From contig OX597820.1 of the NCBI GenBank assembly GCA_951406725.2, forward strand, positions 83,142,001 through 83,206,000: DNA of 64,000 bases, read 5' to 3'. This stretch comes from Octopus vulgaris (Eukaryota). Under the pieces are notes generated by a model, which ran no database searches, was not told where the DNA came from, and saw only the letters and a program-made list of their open reading frames with translations. This document shows positions 1 through 13,025 of the stretch, piece by piece; position 1 is the stretch's first letter; every line of letters starts with the position of its first letter. The position numbers and the translations under genes were made by a program.

Positions 1-60
1 ATATATATATATATATTTTCTATATATTCAACCACGTACTTTCACAAACCAACTTTCTTA

Positions 61-530
<470 letters not shown>

Positions 531-560
531 GTACGTCTGTGTTTGTGTGTGTGTGTGTGA

Positions 561-640
561 AGGCGCGTGGCTTAATGATTAGGGTATTCAGTTCACGGTC
601 GTATGGTTGTGAGTTCGATTCGAGGTGGTGCACATGCCAT
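561..640 (+). mobile_element. tRNA-derived SINE head
   Basis: ggcgcgtggcttaatgattagg (A box) ... gagttcgattc (B box). A reverse-orientation relative lies at 18470-18708. Confidence 0.65.
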
Positions 641-845
641 TGGTAGCATGTGCGGCGCAGGCAAATGGGTGGCATAGAAGATGTTTCACAATGGTGATAC
701 GACCTCTAGAGATGATGATTAAATATATCGACGCTTTTTGCAGCATTGTATTTGGTATTATTGTACTTCTTTGTGCTGTTGAAATACACGTTACTGCTAT
801 TTCTAATTTCTTTCTTTTGGCTCGCTTTCTTTGAAGTTGTATCTA

Positions 846-935
<90 letters not shown>

Positions 936-1325
936 CACACACATATATATATATATAGTAAAATGAGGATTTAGATAGATTCTAGTACTATAAAAGGTAT
1001 GCACCTGGTAGGGTTGCATAATCTCTGGTTTTTGCCTATGGTTGATGAGAGTCAAAATATCAGATAGGATATTTCGGTTCTATACACAGAGAAACCAAAT
1101 CTATGAGTATTTAGCACCTAAGGGGCTGCTCTCCCCACTCAAAAAGCCAAAATAAGACAAAACAAAAAACGCATTACATTGAATACTACGCTGTTGGTAC
1201 ACTGTAGGGTGTCCGACGAGTCGTAAGTTCCTTTGGTACATTATAATCAAATGAACAATAAGGTACGATGGAGTAAAGTCAGCTAACAATTCTCCATCAT
1301 ATGCTGTTATTCATTATATATATAT

Positions 1326-1531
1326 GACCTCGTGAGTACCGTTGCCGAGTTTTTTTCCTCTGTCTTCCCTTCTCGGGATCTTTCCTTCTCCTATGTTTCC
1401 GACGAAGAGCTCCGCTCGAAACGTCAAACTCTCCTTCTTCCCTTCTTTCCTGAGCGTCCAGTAATACTTTATTTGTTCCACGTTCTCGCGTTGTTGTTTT
1501 TTTTTGTTTTTTTGTGTTTTCTTGTTTGGAT

Positions 1532-1536
<5 letters not shown>
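1326..1536 (+). mobile_element. ~210-bp PLE 3'-end / retrozyme-like repeat, family A
   Basis: Homologous to 51262-51475 (+) and 42252-42460 (-). Flanked by (TA)n and contains a minimal hammerhead. Confidence 0.75.
1395..1429 (+). ncRNA. Minimal type I hammerhead ribozyme motif (U4C variant)
   Basis: gttt CCGACGA a GAGC tcc GCTC GAA ACGT C aaac: stem I gttt/aaac, stem II GAGC/GCTC, palindromic stem III ACGT, GUC site. Confidence 0.7.
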
Positions 1537-1585
<49 letters not shown>

Positions 1586-2278
1586 TGTGTGTATGTGTGA
1601 ACGTGTGTTCGTACGTATATGAATATATAATACATACATGTATAAACAGACACACACACACGTATGACAAAAGAAAAATATTTATGTAATCTCCTCTATT
1701 AGTTTACAGCGACTTCTGCTATAAGATATTGCAAAAATATAGGTTACATTTTTACGTCTACAAAAAGGAATCTAAAGTAATGGATGCTTGAGCGATTTAC
1801 CACATAAATATGCTGACCATGTCACTGTTAAGATACGAAACTAAACTCAAACACAAAGCCAAGCGTGCGTCAATTAAAGAAAAGTTCTTCCATCTTGTGT
1901 TCCATCTTACTTATTGACCACAAGAGGTTGGTATAACTAAAACGATATGCAAATCACGTAATTTCGAGCGGTATTTTACTGTTTCCCTTCCCAACAGAAT
2001 AAATCAACAACTACCAAACGGATAATTATTCTAATAGTTAATATGGAAATAATAGTATATTAGAAATATTCTTGTCTTGCAGTTATACACATAGATTTAG
2101 TTTTCTCAAGTAAATATTGATTCCATTGGCAGAGCACCAATGCAAGAATATAACACGCCAGAAATTACAAATTGCTGCATTACATAGTTCTATCGTTAGT
2201 GCTTTATGATATATATGTGTGTATATCTGTATATACATACATATGTACACATGTACACACATTTAAGTATATATACAT

Positions 2279-2311
<33 letters not shown>

Positions 2312-3378
2312 TGTATATATGAATATATTATCTATCTCTGTATTCATATGTTATATATAATCAATATGTGGACATATATAAATTATGTAGATTTACAGGT
2401 ATATAAGTATATATATATGCATACATATATAAGTGTGTGTAAGAATGTGTGTATACAAATACCGATACATACGTATTCATATGGTATGCATGTATGTGCG
2501 TGTGTATATATATATATACACACACACATTCAATATACGCGATTTAGGGACTGTTCAATTGAAATAGGCTTCTATGAATCGTACATAATGTGCATACATC
2601 GTTGATACGTACGTTGCCCACGTATTAGATATGAGATAACACCACATATACGCCTACTGTGCACAATAAGTATCGGACGAAGGTTGAAAACTTGAAATTT
2701 ATCTGGAATCCTTGCAGGTCATTGTCTAAATACATATTGTTTGTAGCACAGCACGTTTATGAGAGACGGTATCACACAGTCAACATACATACATGCATAT
2801 ATAATTATATATACACATATGAAATAAAAGCAACTAGTATAATAAATATTAACTACCGATACTTAATGTATATGTGTAAGCTTGGTGTATTTTCTCGTGG
2901 CTGCAATAGCGTGGGAAGAATATACACTCTCAAAGCATCGAGTGTTAAAACACCTCAAAGTTTTGGACAGGAGAAGTAACAAAATTCCAATCCCATTTGG
3001 GAGTGATAGACACCTGGTGATTCGCCATTTTTGTCGTTTGCCATCATCAGGTACCGGCCATCTTTGAAGGCATGTCACGTAGTCAGTCCACGACTAATAT
3101 AATTATGTTTAATATTTGGTAGAGCATATGATTTCACAAGCTGTAGTTGCAAATGCCTGATAAATTAGTGGCAAATGCCTGATATATTTTCCTGGTTTCT
3201 AAATAAAGACGTGAAGTACATTTCGTAGGATAGATCCTTGATGTTGTGATACATCTGTGAGTGATCCAGCTGTTATTTTTCATGTTTAAGAAAGTGACTT
3301 GCGATATTTGTTTAACATGTACAATGTTTGTTTTTGTTGATGTTGAAGGAAATAAAACATTAGCCTGACACTTTAGAG

Positions 3379-3880
3379 CAGGGATGGAAAACCCCCGCCC
3401 GAGGGCGCAGTCGCGCCTGCAGGCTGGTATATATTCGTATGTATAGAATACAGTAAAGTTTTTAATTATAAAATTTATACAATATTCGTAAGCATATTTG
3501 CGACATAGGTCGCGTTTCCACTACGACTTGAAACGGTTAGTCTCGAACAGAAAATCGTCAGGTAATTGTCATTTGAGTGGAACCTTTGTCTTCACTATAA
3601 AACACATATTGCTATGTTTGTACTACCCCCTTGTAACCAAACTACATCGTAGCTGTAAAATAAAAAATACCTCATAAGTAATATTAACGTCCTAAATTAA
3701 GTGGCGGTGTTAATGAAGGTGTTACGCATCAATTTAATTTGCTAAACTCATCTTTATTAATGTATATCAAATTATACATAGATATATACAAGATTTACAC
3801 AAATATAAGAGTTAGAACTTGTGATCCGCCCGCAGACTTTATCTTTAGAAAATCGTGCCCACCGAAAGACTCTATCCATG
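3379..3880. mobile_element. Degraded hAT-like non-autonomous element
   Basis: Left end cagggatgg, right end ctatccatg (2 mismatches to the reverse complement), with GC-rich subterminal motifs. Confidence 0.3.
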
Positions 3881-4302
3881 CTTAAGAGTCTATCCATGCC
3901 TCTACTTATAAGTCAGGTAAATTGAGGAGAAAAGACATAAATTTCGTGAGCATGAAATTTAAGTGCGAAACATTGAAGAGAAATTAACAACAGTATATAG
4001 GCATTGTTGGCTCAACGTAGTGAATTAGTTTATAGATGTGTATCCGAAGAGGTAGGTGAAAGAAACCATACCCACATCTGATAGAACGCAGATCACAAAT
4101 ACGTCTCTCAGCAAAGGTTACGTAATGTGATCTTGCCTGAAGCCACAATTCGTTTAGTAAGAAACATGTGAAAACGAGAAGCGAGATATTTTGCCAGAAA
4201 CTTCATATGGTGGCCACATATGAAATCGTTGCTGCCTAAATTTCAGTTTACACTTCTTTGATAACGCTTATTGGATATATTCGAAATGGGTAAACGTACA
4301 CT

Positions 4303-4720
4303 TCACTGAGAAGGTCTAATAACATCTAAACATGCCTTCACCGTCCATATTTCTTTCCAAAATTCTTCCACTCCTATTGCAGTTGGTGCTGCATTGACAA
4401 CAGATATTTTCTCTTTTATATGTTGTTGGATATTATTTGTCAACAGAGTTTGTTTGGGTAGTGGTACTCCTATTTGGATGGGTTTGTGGGAGTATCCAGC
4501 TTCTTTTGTGGCTGCAGTGCCTGCTGCATATATTATGTCATTTAGCTCAGTGATATTGCCATTTGTTTCTGTGGCTATTAGTTCCGTGGCGCCCAGGTTT
4601 ATGGTATTTATTATTGATGTTTTATTGTCTATTTTGATTTTTGGAAGGTATAATCGGTGGTCCATTCTGAGATCTGTGGTTTTCAGTACTTTAATCATTC
4701 TCATTTTTATAGTATAATAA
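4303..4720 (-). mobile_element. R4/Dong-like LINE ORF fragment
   Basis: Translation includes ITELNDIIYAAGTAATKEAG and EEFWKEIW, typical of the region upstream of R4/Dong RT. Confidence 0.55.
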
Positions 4721-5680
4721 TCATTAGGTTCCCCTTCGTTGTTTCCAGGTTTTAGATTTTTGGCTAATTTTATATTCTTCTTATTTAATCTCGCTATGAT
4801 GGTACCCACATTGGGAAGAGTAGAATACGACATTCCAACTGTCTTACGTGAAAAGATTCTATTATATTTATGGGAAGTAGGAAAGTCTTTTTTCTAAAAT
4901 AGCCATACATTTCATATATATGTTTGTGGATAAGGTACAGTTGTACAGGATATTGTACCAGACGAAATTCTTACCTTCAAATTTATGGTGTAAGGGCAAA
5001 ATCTACCTGTCCTATCCCTGCTCTATAGAATCGTACCTTGATTAATAAGTATGTTTATACTTCCAGTAGATTTCGTATCGGTGTCGGGAGGAGTAATCAA
5101 TACTTTCCCATCGCAATCTTTATTATCTAACCTAAGCTTCATTCTTGTTTTAGTATCTCGTCTCCTGCTGAAGCTTATTCTATTATTATTTAAATTGTTA
5201 GGTCTGTAGAATGCTTTATGATTTGGTATTTTTTCACAAATAAGTAAGTTAGTAGTCCTTCTATTAGTCAAACTATCATTATTTCCTCTATTAAAAGATG
5301 CTGAACTTTCAGGACTAAGAAAAGTAACTTCCTGGTCATATCCCGCCTTAGACAAAGCAACATTGTAGTATTAGGAATGGGTATTAACATATCATTATTT
5401 GATGATAATTTTGTAATTCTCGTAGAAATACTTTTACTACCGATTTTAACACATTAGGCGGGTGGTAATTTGATAATTTCTTCACGTATCTTTAACCTCA
5501 CCTGGTTTCGTACAGGGGTGGTATAATCTAGAGTTAATGTCTAAAGTAGTATCTAAAATATTTACTACCTTTGTGGCATATTCATACGTAACACCCAGGT
5601 TAAAGCTTTAAAACATTTTCTAATTCTTTTTCTCATCCTTTCTATGTCTGATTTATTGTTGCTAGGGATGATAAATAAAT
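4720..5680 (-). mobile_element. Degraded Penelope-like element, RT C-terminal region
   Basis: Remnants YNVALSKAGY and MSYSTLPNVGTII resemble the PLE post-RT motifs Y..AL..SGY and SYS.(M/L)PN; frameshifted. Confidence 0.55.
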
Positions 5681-5688
5681 AGAGCATC

Positions 5689-5781
<93 letters not shown>

Positions 5782-5811
5782 CATATATAATTGGACATTA
5801 TACAAGATATG

Positions 5812-5975
5812 CTCAGGAGTGGTTGTGTGGTAGGAAGCTTAGTTCCCAACCACGGGGCTATAAAAGTAGCTGTTCGGCAAGAGTTCAATAGGCTAAATAC
5901 CAGGCTTCAAAAATAAGTACTGGGGTCAATAAATTCGAGAAAAATAAATAAAAGAAACCAGTGATAGTTACATGC
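5812..5975 (+). mobile_element. Internally deleted tRNA-derived SINE
   Basis: ggagtggttgtgtggtaggaagctt head and aataagtactggggtcaat body, shared with the copy at 63460-63850. Confidence 0.55.
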
Positions 5976-6961
5976 TTAAGAGATGTGGTCTAAAATCACC
6001 ACCAGTAATACTCGGGTTCACATAAATTCCAGGGCATGAAGTGGTACTTATAAATACCACATATATAATTTGTATCCATTAAAATTTCCCTACCATTTGA
6101 TAAGTTGTGAATATCCACATAACTTATTGTGTTACCTATATATATATATCAAAATTTCAGTTATATTTTCTTAAGAGCAGTTGCAATGCTTCAACTAAAG
6201 CTTTGAAAGACGCCAGACAGAACGAATACTTATGCATTGAACGTAACCCAATTTCATATTCCATAATGAAATTATGTTTACGTGTTGGAGAATCTGCAAT
6301 ATTAGAGTGGATGTATGCGATATCTGTATATTATATTGAATATCTACTAACGGATTTGTCACGTTTCTTTACCGGTCTAATTTGATAACTACACTTGTAT
6401 CTCGAAACCTAACCAAATAAAGAAATTAACCACATTTTTACTCTGACTAATATGCTATAATGGAAAGTGATACATTTCCTTTTGCGGATTTTCAGTTGCA
6501 AGTTCGAGTTGAGTGGTCAACACCCCATCCCGATTACCAGATTTGTGAATAAGTGTATTATAAATATTACCCTTATTCTCTCTTCTTCTATTCAAATGCA
6601 ATGCATCAAGGAACCATAGGCGAATATCAACTTATGTAAGTAGGGTGTAATTTTAAGGAGATTTGTTCAACGTGTAATATCAATTTAGATGAAGTAACTT
6701 GTGTGTCGTAAGGAGAAACAAAACATAAATTTCAGGTCTCGATAGTCTCTTAAAGAAGAGTGATAGACTGAAATATTTCCTCTGCATTTGTTTTTGCTTA
6801 TAGTAGAAAACTAACTACATTTTCTATCTGCGTGTTTAGCACTTTGTTCCTGGTCCCTCACCACATGATGGTAGCAAATCTGTCTCTGGATTAAGTCAGA
6901 TTAACCTAACATTTCATTAGCATATATTTGAAATCAATGTAATATAGATAGACAAATAGCT

Positions 6962-7031
<70 letters not shown>

Positions 7032-7491
7032 TTATATATTTGTTTCTTCCTGCTCCGAAATATATGGCCATGCGTTTATATAAATAAGGAAATATAATTT
7101 ACCGCTCTTATATCCCAAAAGTAGTATGATACCAGCAAGTATGTATGTAGGGATAATGAAAAATTCACTTTACCTGGCGATCTTTTTAAATTCCAGAAAA
7201 TAAGTGCTTTGTCAATACTAACATCTGAGAAAATTCGTGTTGCACACACGGAAAGATCGCCGTTTACCGATTAGGGAAATGCTACCAGCTTCGAAAATCG
7301 TTGAGACAGGACTGGCACCGATGTAAGAGAGATGAGTACACCTTACCCAAAATTTTACCAGTAGCGTTTCGTTCCAGTTATTTGTTTGTCTCCTCCAGCT
7401 GCCGGGAGGTTATATGCTTTATAGGACCGGAACCAATAGCCACTCTCTGACCGGTCATAACATTCAGCCTTGAAAGTATATATATATATAT

Positions 7492-7880
7492 ATTATAATT
7501 AAGGGTATCTAATAGATACCACCATGCTAGAAATAGCATCCAAAACTTTACTCTAAAACCACATTAAATGTTCATACAGCACCAGGAGAGAAGACAAAGA
7601 GGCAAAATAAACTAATATGGAATTATCCAGTACTTTTTTTGCTAGTTTATTGTGTCTCTTTGTCTTCTCTCCTGGTGCTTTATGAACATTTAATGTGGTT
7701 TTAGTCAAGTTATGACTGATATTTCTAGCATGGTGGTATCTCCTAGATACCCATAATTATAATTTCAATAAGAATTATAACATTTGAGGTTTTCATTCCC
7801 ATGCTGGTCACTTGATGAGATCGGTATTTTTAATATAGATCTTATCCTTATTTATATAAATTTATATATGGATATATATT
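7492..7880 (+). mobile_element. Truncated PLE-like end with ~120-bp inverted arms
   Basis: 7492-7613 pairs with 7643-7763. The unpaired tail continues to ~7870 and shares ccttatttatataaa with an opposite-strand element at ~7040-7478. Confidence 0.5.
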
Positions 7881-8260
7881 CCTGGTACCCCATCGGTTAC
7901 GACGACAAAGGATCCAGTTGATTCGATCAACGGAACAGCCTACTCGTTAAATTAACGCGCAAGTGACTGAGCACTCCACAGACACGTGAGCCCTTCACAT
8001 AGATCTCGAGGAGATTCAGCGTGACACAGTCTCTGACAAGGCCGGCCCTCCGAAGTACAGGTACAACAGAAACAGCAAGAAAGAGTAAGAGAGAGTTGTG
8101 GTGAACAAGTACAGCAGGGTTACCACCATCTACCGCCGAAGCTTCGTGGAGCTTTAGGTGTTTTCGCTCGATAAACACTCACAACGCCCGTTCTGGGTAA
8201 CGAAACTGCGATCCCTCGAACGTGAGTACGCTGCTCTAACCCCAGAGCCTTTGCACCTCT
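7881..8260 (-). mobile_element. tRNA-derived SINE
   Basis: Minus-strand head aggtgcaaaggctctggggttagagcagcgtactcacgttcgagggatcgcagtttcgttaccc with A/B-box-like motifs and a GC-richer body. Confidence 0.65.
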
Positions 8261-8379
8261 AATATGTAAATATATGTATGCATGTATATACATACAGCTA
8301 TGCATATATACACACACATAAAAACATCCCCCCATACATATATATATTGAGTGTTAGGTGTGATGTACAGAAATTGAAT

Positions 8380-8737
8380 ACTGAGAAAAAAAAGTCAGAA
8401 TTTTGGAAAAAATCTTTTTATTTCTTAATTATTATTATCGCTTTTGTTCGCTTCTCGAAATTGTCAAAAAGTTTTGTGAATGTACAAACAGCTTGTTCTT
8501 TTATAAACAGCATTTTTGTTTTGGGAGGGGGGTTAAGAAGAAGGCAGCAGTGTTTTTTGGTGGGGGGTAGGTTTCATTGACAATAGAGATGGATAGATAG
8601 AAATATAGGTAGGTAGTAAATAGGCTGATAGATAGATAGACAGATGGATAGACAGAGAGTCAGACAGATAGATAGATAGGTAGAGAGAGATAGAGAAGGG
8701 GGATCCCCCCTTCCTATTCACCATTTATTTATCTATT

Positions 8738-8768
<31 letters not shown>

Positions 8769-9022
8769 TTATCTATCATCATACCTACCTATCTACCTAT
8801 ATTTCTATCAATCCATCTCAATTGTCAATGGAACCTCATCCACAAAAACAAAAACAATGTTCTCTTCTCATCCCCCTCCAAAAAAAAAACGTCTGTTTTA
8901 TATAAATGAATAAGCTGTTCGTACATTCACAAAGCTGACAATTCCGAGAAACGAACGGAAGCGCGAATAATAATGAAGAAATGAAACTATTTTTTACCAA
9001 CATTCTGACGACGTTTCTCTCA
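8380..9022. repeat. ~640-bp imperfect palindrome (foldback / MITE-like)
   Basis: Arms align across their whole length (e.g. gtgaatgtacaaacagctt / aagctgttcgtacattcac; cattgacaat / attgtcaatg). Centre is gaagggggatccccccttc at ~8703. Confidence 0.85.
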
Positions 9023-9107
9023 ATATATATGTATATACATATATTGCGTACTGGTCTGTGATGGTAAGATGAACAAGAAAAGTACTCCATCTGGTGAAGG
9101 ATAAATA

Positions 9108-9769
9108 TTATTTAATAAACACTGTTTTTATGAGCTACTAAATGTTTACGCGATGAAAACAATTCAGGATTTTATAACACATCTTATGCACATTTCAAAA
9201 TTTTGCCCATTTGACATAAAGACCTAAATCAGGACGATAGGATAAGAGTAAATGCGACAAAAGGCGAAAAAGAAGTTGATGTAAAATGTGGATCTTTGAA
9301 AACGCCGGACGTCTAACGCCATAATATATTTACAATCAAATGGAAATAGCTGAAAAATCAGAATTAAGAACTACCGCACCACAGAATTCCAGATCTGCAC
9401 ATATGCATTAGTTCTTTAAGTTGACGAATTGGTAACTACCATCCTCTCCACTTTGAACAGCTGTTCTGTAGACTCTCGGTTCCTATCCATTCGGCTTTAC
9501 AACTTTAGAGTCGATGGGGACATAACTAATACTCCCCCTCTTACCTTTTTCCATTTTCTTTTCTTTTTTTTTCAGAGATTTCAACATTTCACCCTTTAGA
9601 TCTAGCTTTTTCTCTTATGCTATCGCCCTGTTTTAGCTTATCATGTCATATGGGCAGCACCTGAAGATCGCAAGAAGGCACCAAACGTATTATAACATGC
9701 TGCCAGAAATATTTTCATCAAATGAAACTAAAATTAGCTCATAAAAGTATATATTGTGTTTATTAAATA

Positions 9770-9772
<3 letters not shown>
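9108..9772 (+). mobile_element. Old PLE remnant with inverted arms and a decayed hammerhead
   Basis: 9108-9280 is a diverged reverse complement of 9581-9772 (tatttaataaacac / gtgtttattaaata). The right arm has ggcagcac CTGAAGA ... caaacg ... tgctgcc. Confidence 0.55.
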
Positions 9773-9824
<52 letters not shown>

Positions 9825-9843
9825 CATATCTATCTATCTATCT

Positions 9844-9899
<56 letters not shown>

Positions 9900-10530
9900 A
9901 TTAATTGTGACTGCGTGTTCTTGACGCATATATATTGATAGAAAGAATAGTTAAACTACTTATAGCTGCGTTAAAACACATCTATATATACCGACTGGGT
10001 AAACAACTGCCTCATAAGCTAAGCAAATCTAGAACACTGGACTTGACAGTTTCATCCTAATGGATATTGACAACACTGTGCGTCCATGGAAGCAATAGAG
10101 GTACAATGCAGACAATAACAACATCATTTACGCTATATAGATTGAAGTATTAGCTACATACGTAGATAATATTTGCTGATACACAGTAAGTTCTTTACTA
10201 ATAGGAGAGTGGCCGCATTAGATAACATAACTTGTGGTATTGAGTTACATTGTTATTTTGTTCTGAAATCCCGTTTGTCAATAAACTAACGTACGATGAA
10301 TTCGACATTTTCATAATCGAACAATTTTTCCTCTTTAAGTGTTTATGGTACAAATAACACTTATACGCTTTCCTGATATTCTCTACATATCACCAATGCA
10401 ATGAATGAAGACCAATAGTTTTCTATAAGCAAGACATAAGGTATCTTATAAAACCTGCCAAGCCACTTTTCTCCACAGTAAGAAACTATTAGTAGCTCCT
10501 ATCTTTATACCGTCTATATTAAATAATGTT

Positions 10531-10593
<63 letters not shown>

Positions 10594-11619
10594 ATATATA
10601 TATGTATGTATATATATGCAAATATGTGTATGTGTTCCTGTGTGTGTGGTGTATGTGCCGTGTATGTATGTGTGTGTGTGTGTCAGTGCATGTCTGTAAG
10701 GATGGGCGGATGTATCTCTGCATATATTAATACAAGAAGTGCTCGTTTCTCAGAATTAGAAAAAAAATTAAATTAGTATTAATCAATCACATTTGCGAAG
10801 CCAAATAACGAAAGGTAATGTAATTCATCATAAAACCCTTATAATTTCGAGATTCTTTTGCTGAAATTTCCATGTAATTTTATTATCTAAGAAACATGAG
10901 ATATCAATGTGTTTTTTTTAGTTTATCTATATATGAACTACAGAAAAATATAAGATATTCTATTGAGAGAATAATATTGGTGTATGTAAGTTTGTCCGTG
11001 TGTGTGCATGTGTGTATCTGGGTGCGTGGGGTGCACTCGTTTCCCTAATGCCATTCGATGAAATCTACCAGAAATTTATTGGGAAAACTGTTATGATCAC
11101 TGCCTTTAACTTTTACCACTGGCGTCTGTTGAATGTACAAGCAACAAGGATCAATCTTATACTGTCAACTATATTAATAGTGATTAATATCATTAATATA
11201 TATATATATATATACATATACACACAGTATATTCGGACTACAAATTTACATTTATACCTGTAATATTTGGAGTACTTGCTTTTGTAAGTAAATCCCTTAC
11301 TGTTAATCGGGACAGGTTTGGATTTTAAGAAAACGAAATCAACCAACTGACTGGCACATAACAAATACAATCTGTAAACGGAACAGTAATACTATGTAAG
11401 AATTTTCTAGAGTTTTAAATGTGACATGGTTTGCATTATCTACATTCCAATGATGGAGCTTTGTATCTCTGTTAAAAACTAGCTCCCTCTTCAAAGACCG
11501 AATTCAAATAATTAAAACCAGAAAAAAACATACATAGATACGTGCATAGATGCAGACATACATGCATGCATACAGACATCCGGCATAAAAACAGAGACGG
11601 AAAATGTCTTTGCAGTGTT

Positions 11620-11810
11620 AGTACTCATACCGACATTTGGGATGCTTGATTGAACGCTTGGTGAGATCTGAGGCATTGATGTGAAAACCAAGAAAATATT
11701 AACAAGCACATCAACGGTGACGTAGACCGCCTCTACCTAACTCGAAAGCAAAGCGGCAGAGACTTAACACCGATTCAAACTAACTTTGAATGACAATTCA
11801 TATTCCTTCG
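11620..11810 (+). mobile_element. R4/Dong-like LINE fragment
   Basis: VLIPTFG..D, IDVKTKKILT and VDRLYLTRKQSGR remnants. Confidence 0.6.
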
Positions 11811-11824
11811 GCTACATAATATAA

Positions 11825-11897
11825 TAGCTGCAGATTTCTCAATATTTCAGTGTAAGTATTCTCTTTTTTAAGTGAAATATTGAGAAATCTGCAGCTA
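11825..11897. repeat. Perfect 25-bp inverted repeat with 23-nt loop
   Basis: tagctgcagatttctcaatatttca (11825-11849) / tgaaatattgagaaatctgcagcta (11873-11897). Confidence 0.95.
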
Positions 11898-12129
11898 CTC
11901 TATCCAGATTACAAGTTCAGGTTTATATCTGGGGCTCTGGTAGATGTAACACTCAGCCTAAATACCAGTCTTGAGAAAGTAGACTTCTATAAACCAAAAA
12001 GGAGTAAACTGATTTGAAGACTACATAGCCAATCCATTACTGTTAAAGTCTGTAAACATTTCCAGAAGGTTATCATATAAACTATATGTATATGCTACAT
12101 ACATAATACAAATGAGGCTAATCTGTATA

Positions 12130-13025
12130 TACTTAGTATGATCAATAAGTATCCGGACGGTTGCCATAGTAAGCAAAAGCACGCAGAATAAAACCGCTTG
12201 GCACAGATTCCCGTTGAACTCTGCATGCGCACAGTTTTGATGTTCTAGTTTACTTTCTCTATTTGCAGCAGTACTTGGAATGAACATATGTAGCGTCTGA
12301 CCGTGATAGAGAAAGCTGAGCAGAAATTCTGCATCAAATTTTGCCAAAAGCTTGGCGATACCTGCTCAGAGGCCTACGCAAAGTTCTCAAAAAGTTTTCA
12401 TCGTTCTCGACAGAATCAAAGAGATCATGTGCAACTAAAACCCAACTGTCTTTTTGGTCAGTTGAAAGCAGTTTCAGCACAAACCTGTCAGACACGCGTC
12501 TCATACCCAAATCCTCAGTGATAATGGACTGAACTGAAGTGTAACTATCTACATATCTTCTGATAACTCACGGATGGTGATTCAGCGATTTCTCATTCCA
12601 CTTGCACGAACATCTGCAACGTTTTTTCACAGTTATGCTGCTTGCAGGTCTCCTAGAACGTAGGTTACTCTCGACATTTTTCCGGCCATCTTGAAAACCT
12701 CTGAATCACTCGTACACTTGTGTGCAGCTCATACGGTCCATATACTTTCTACAAGTTTGCGTAGGCCTCTGAGCAGTTATCACCATCACAACATGCTCTG
12801 TCATGGTCAATGCGACGATCACACGCTACCCACATTCCTTCCAAGCACTGCTATAAACAGCAGAAGTGAGCTAGAATGAGCTAAAACTTAGCTAAAAGTA
12901 AGCTAAAACTTAGTGGGCATATGCAGCAGAATTAAAGGTCAATCTGTGCTAATCGATTTTACTCTGCCTGCTTTCGCTTAATTACTATGGCAACAGTCTT
13001 GTTATTTATTGAGCAGACCTCGTGT
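12130..13025. mobile_element. Mariner-derived element built from two inverted 5' portions
   Basis: Both ends read inward tcaataa...gttgccatagtaa...gcacagatt. The left side encodes EQKFCIKFCQKLG (mariner N-terminus) and the right side has an opposite-strand N-terminal remnant. Confidence 0.7.

Noticed and set aside
561-640. tRNA gene
   Set aside because: A/B boxes are present but there is no complete cloverleaf; it is a SINE head.
10034-10080. Minus-strand motif TTGTCAA t ATCC atta GGAT GAA ACTG...CAGT
   Set aside because: Stems II and III are plausible, but A6 is changed and stem I is missing.
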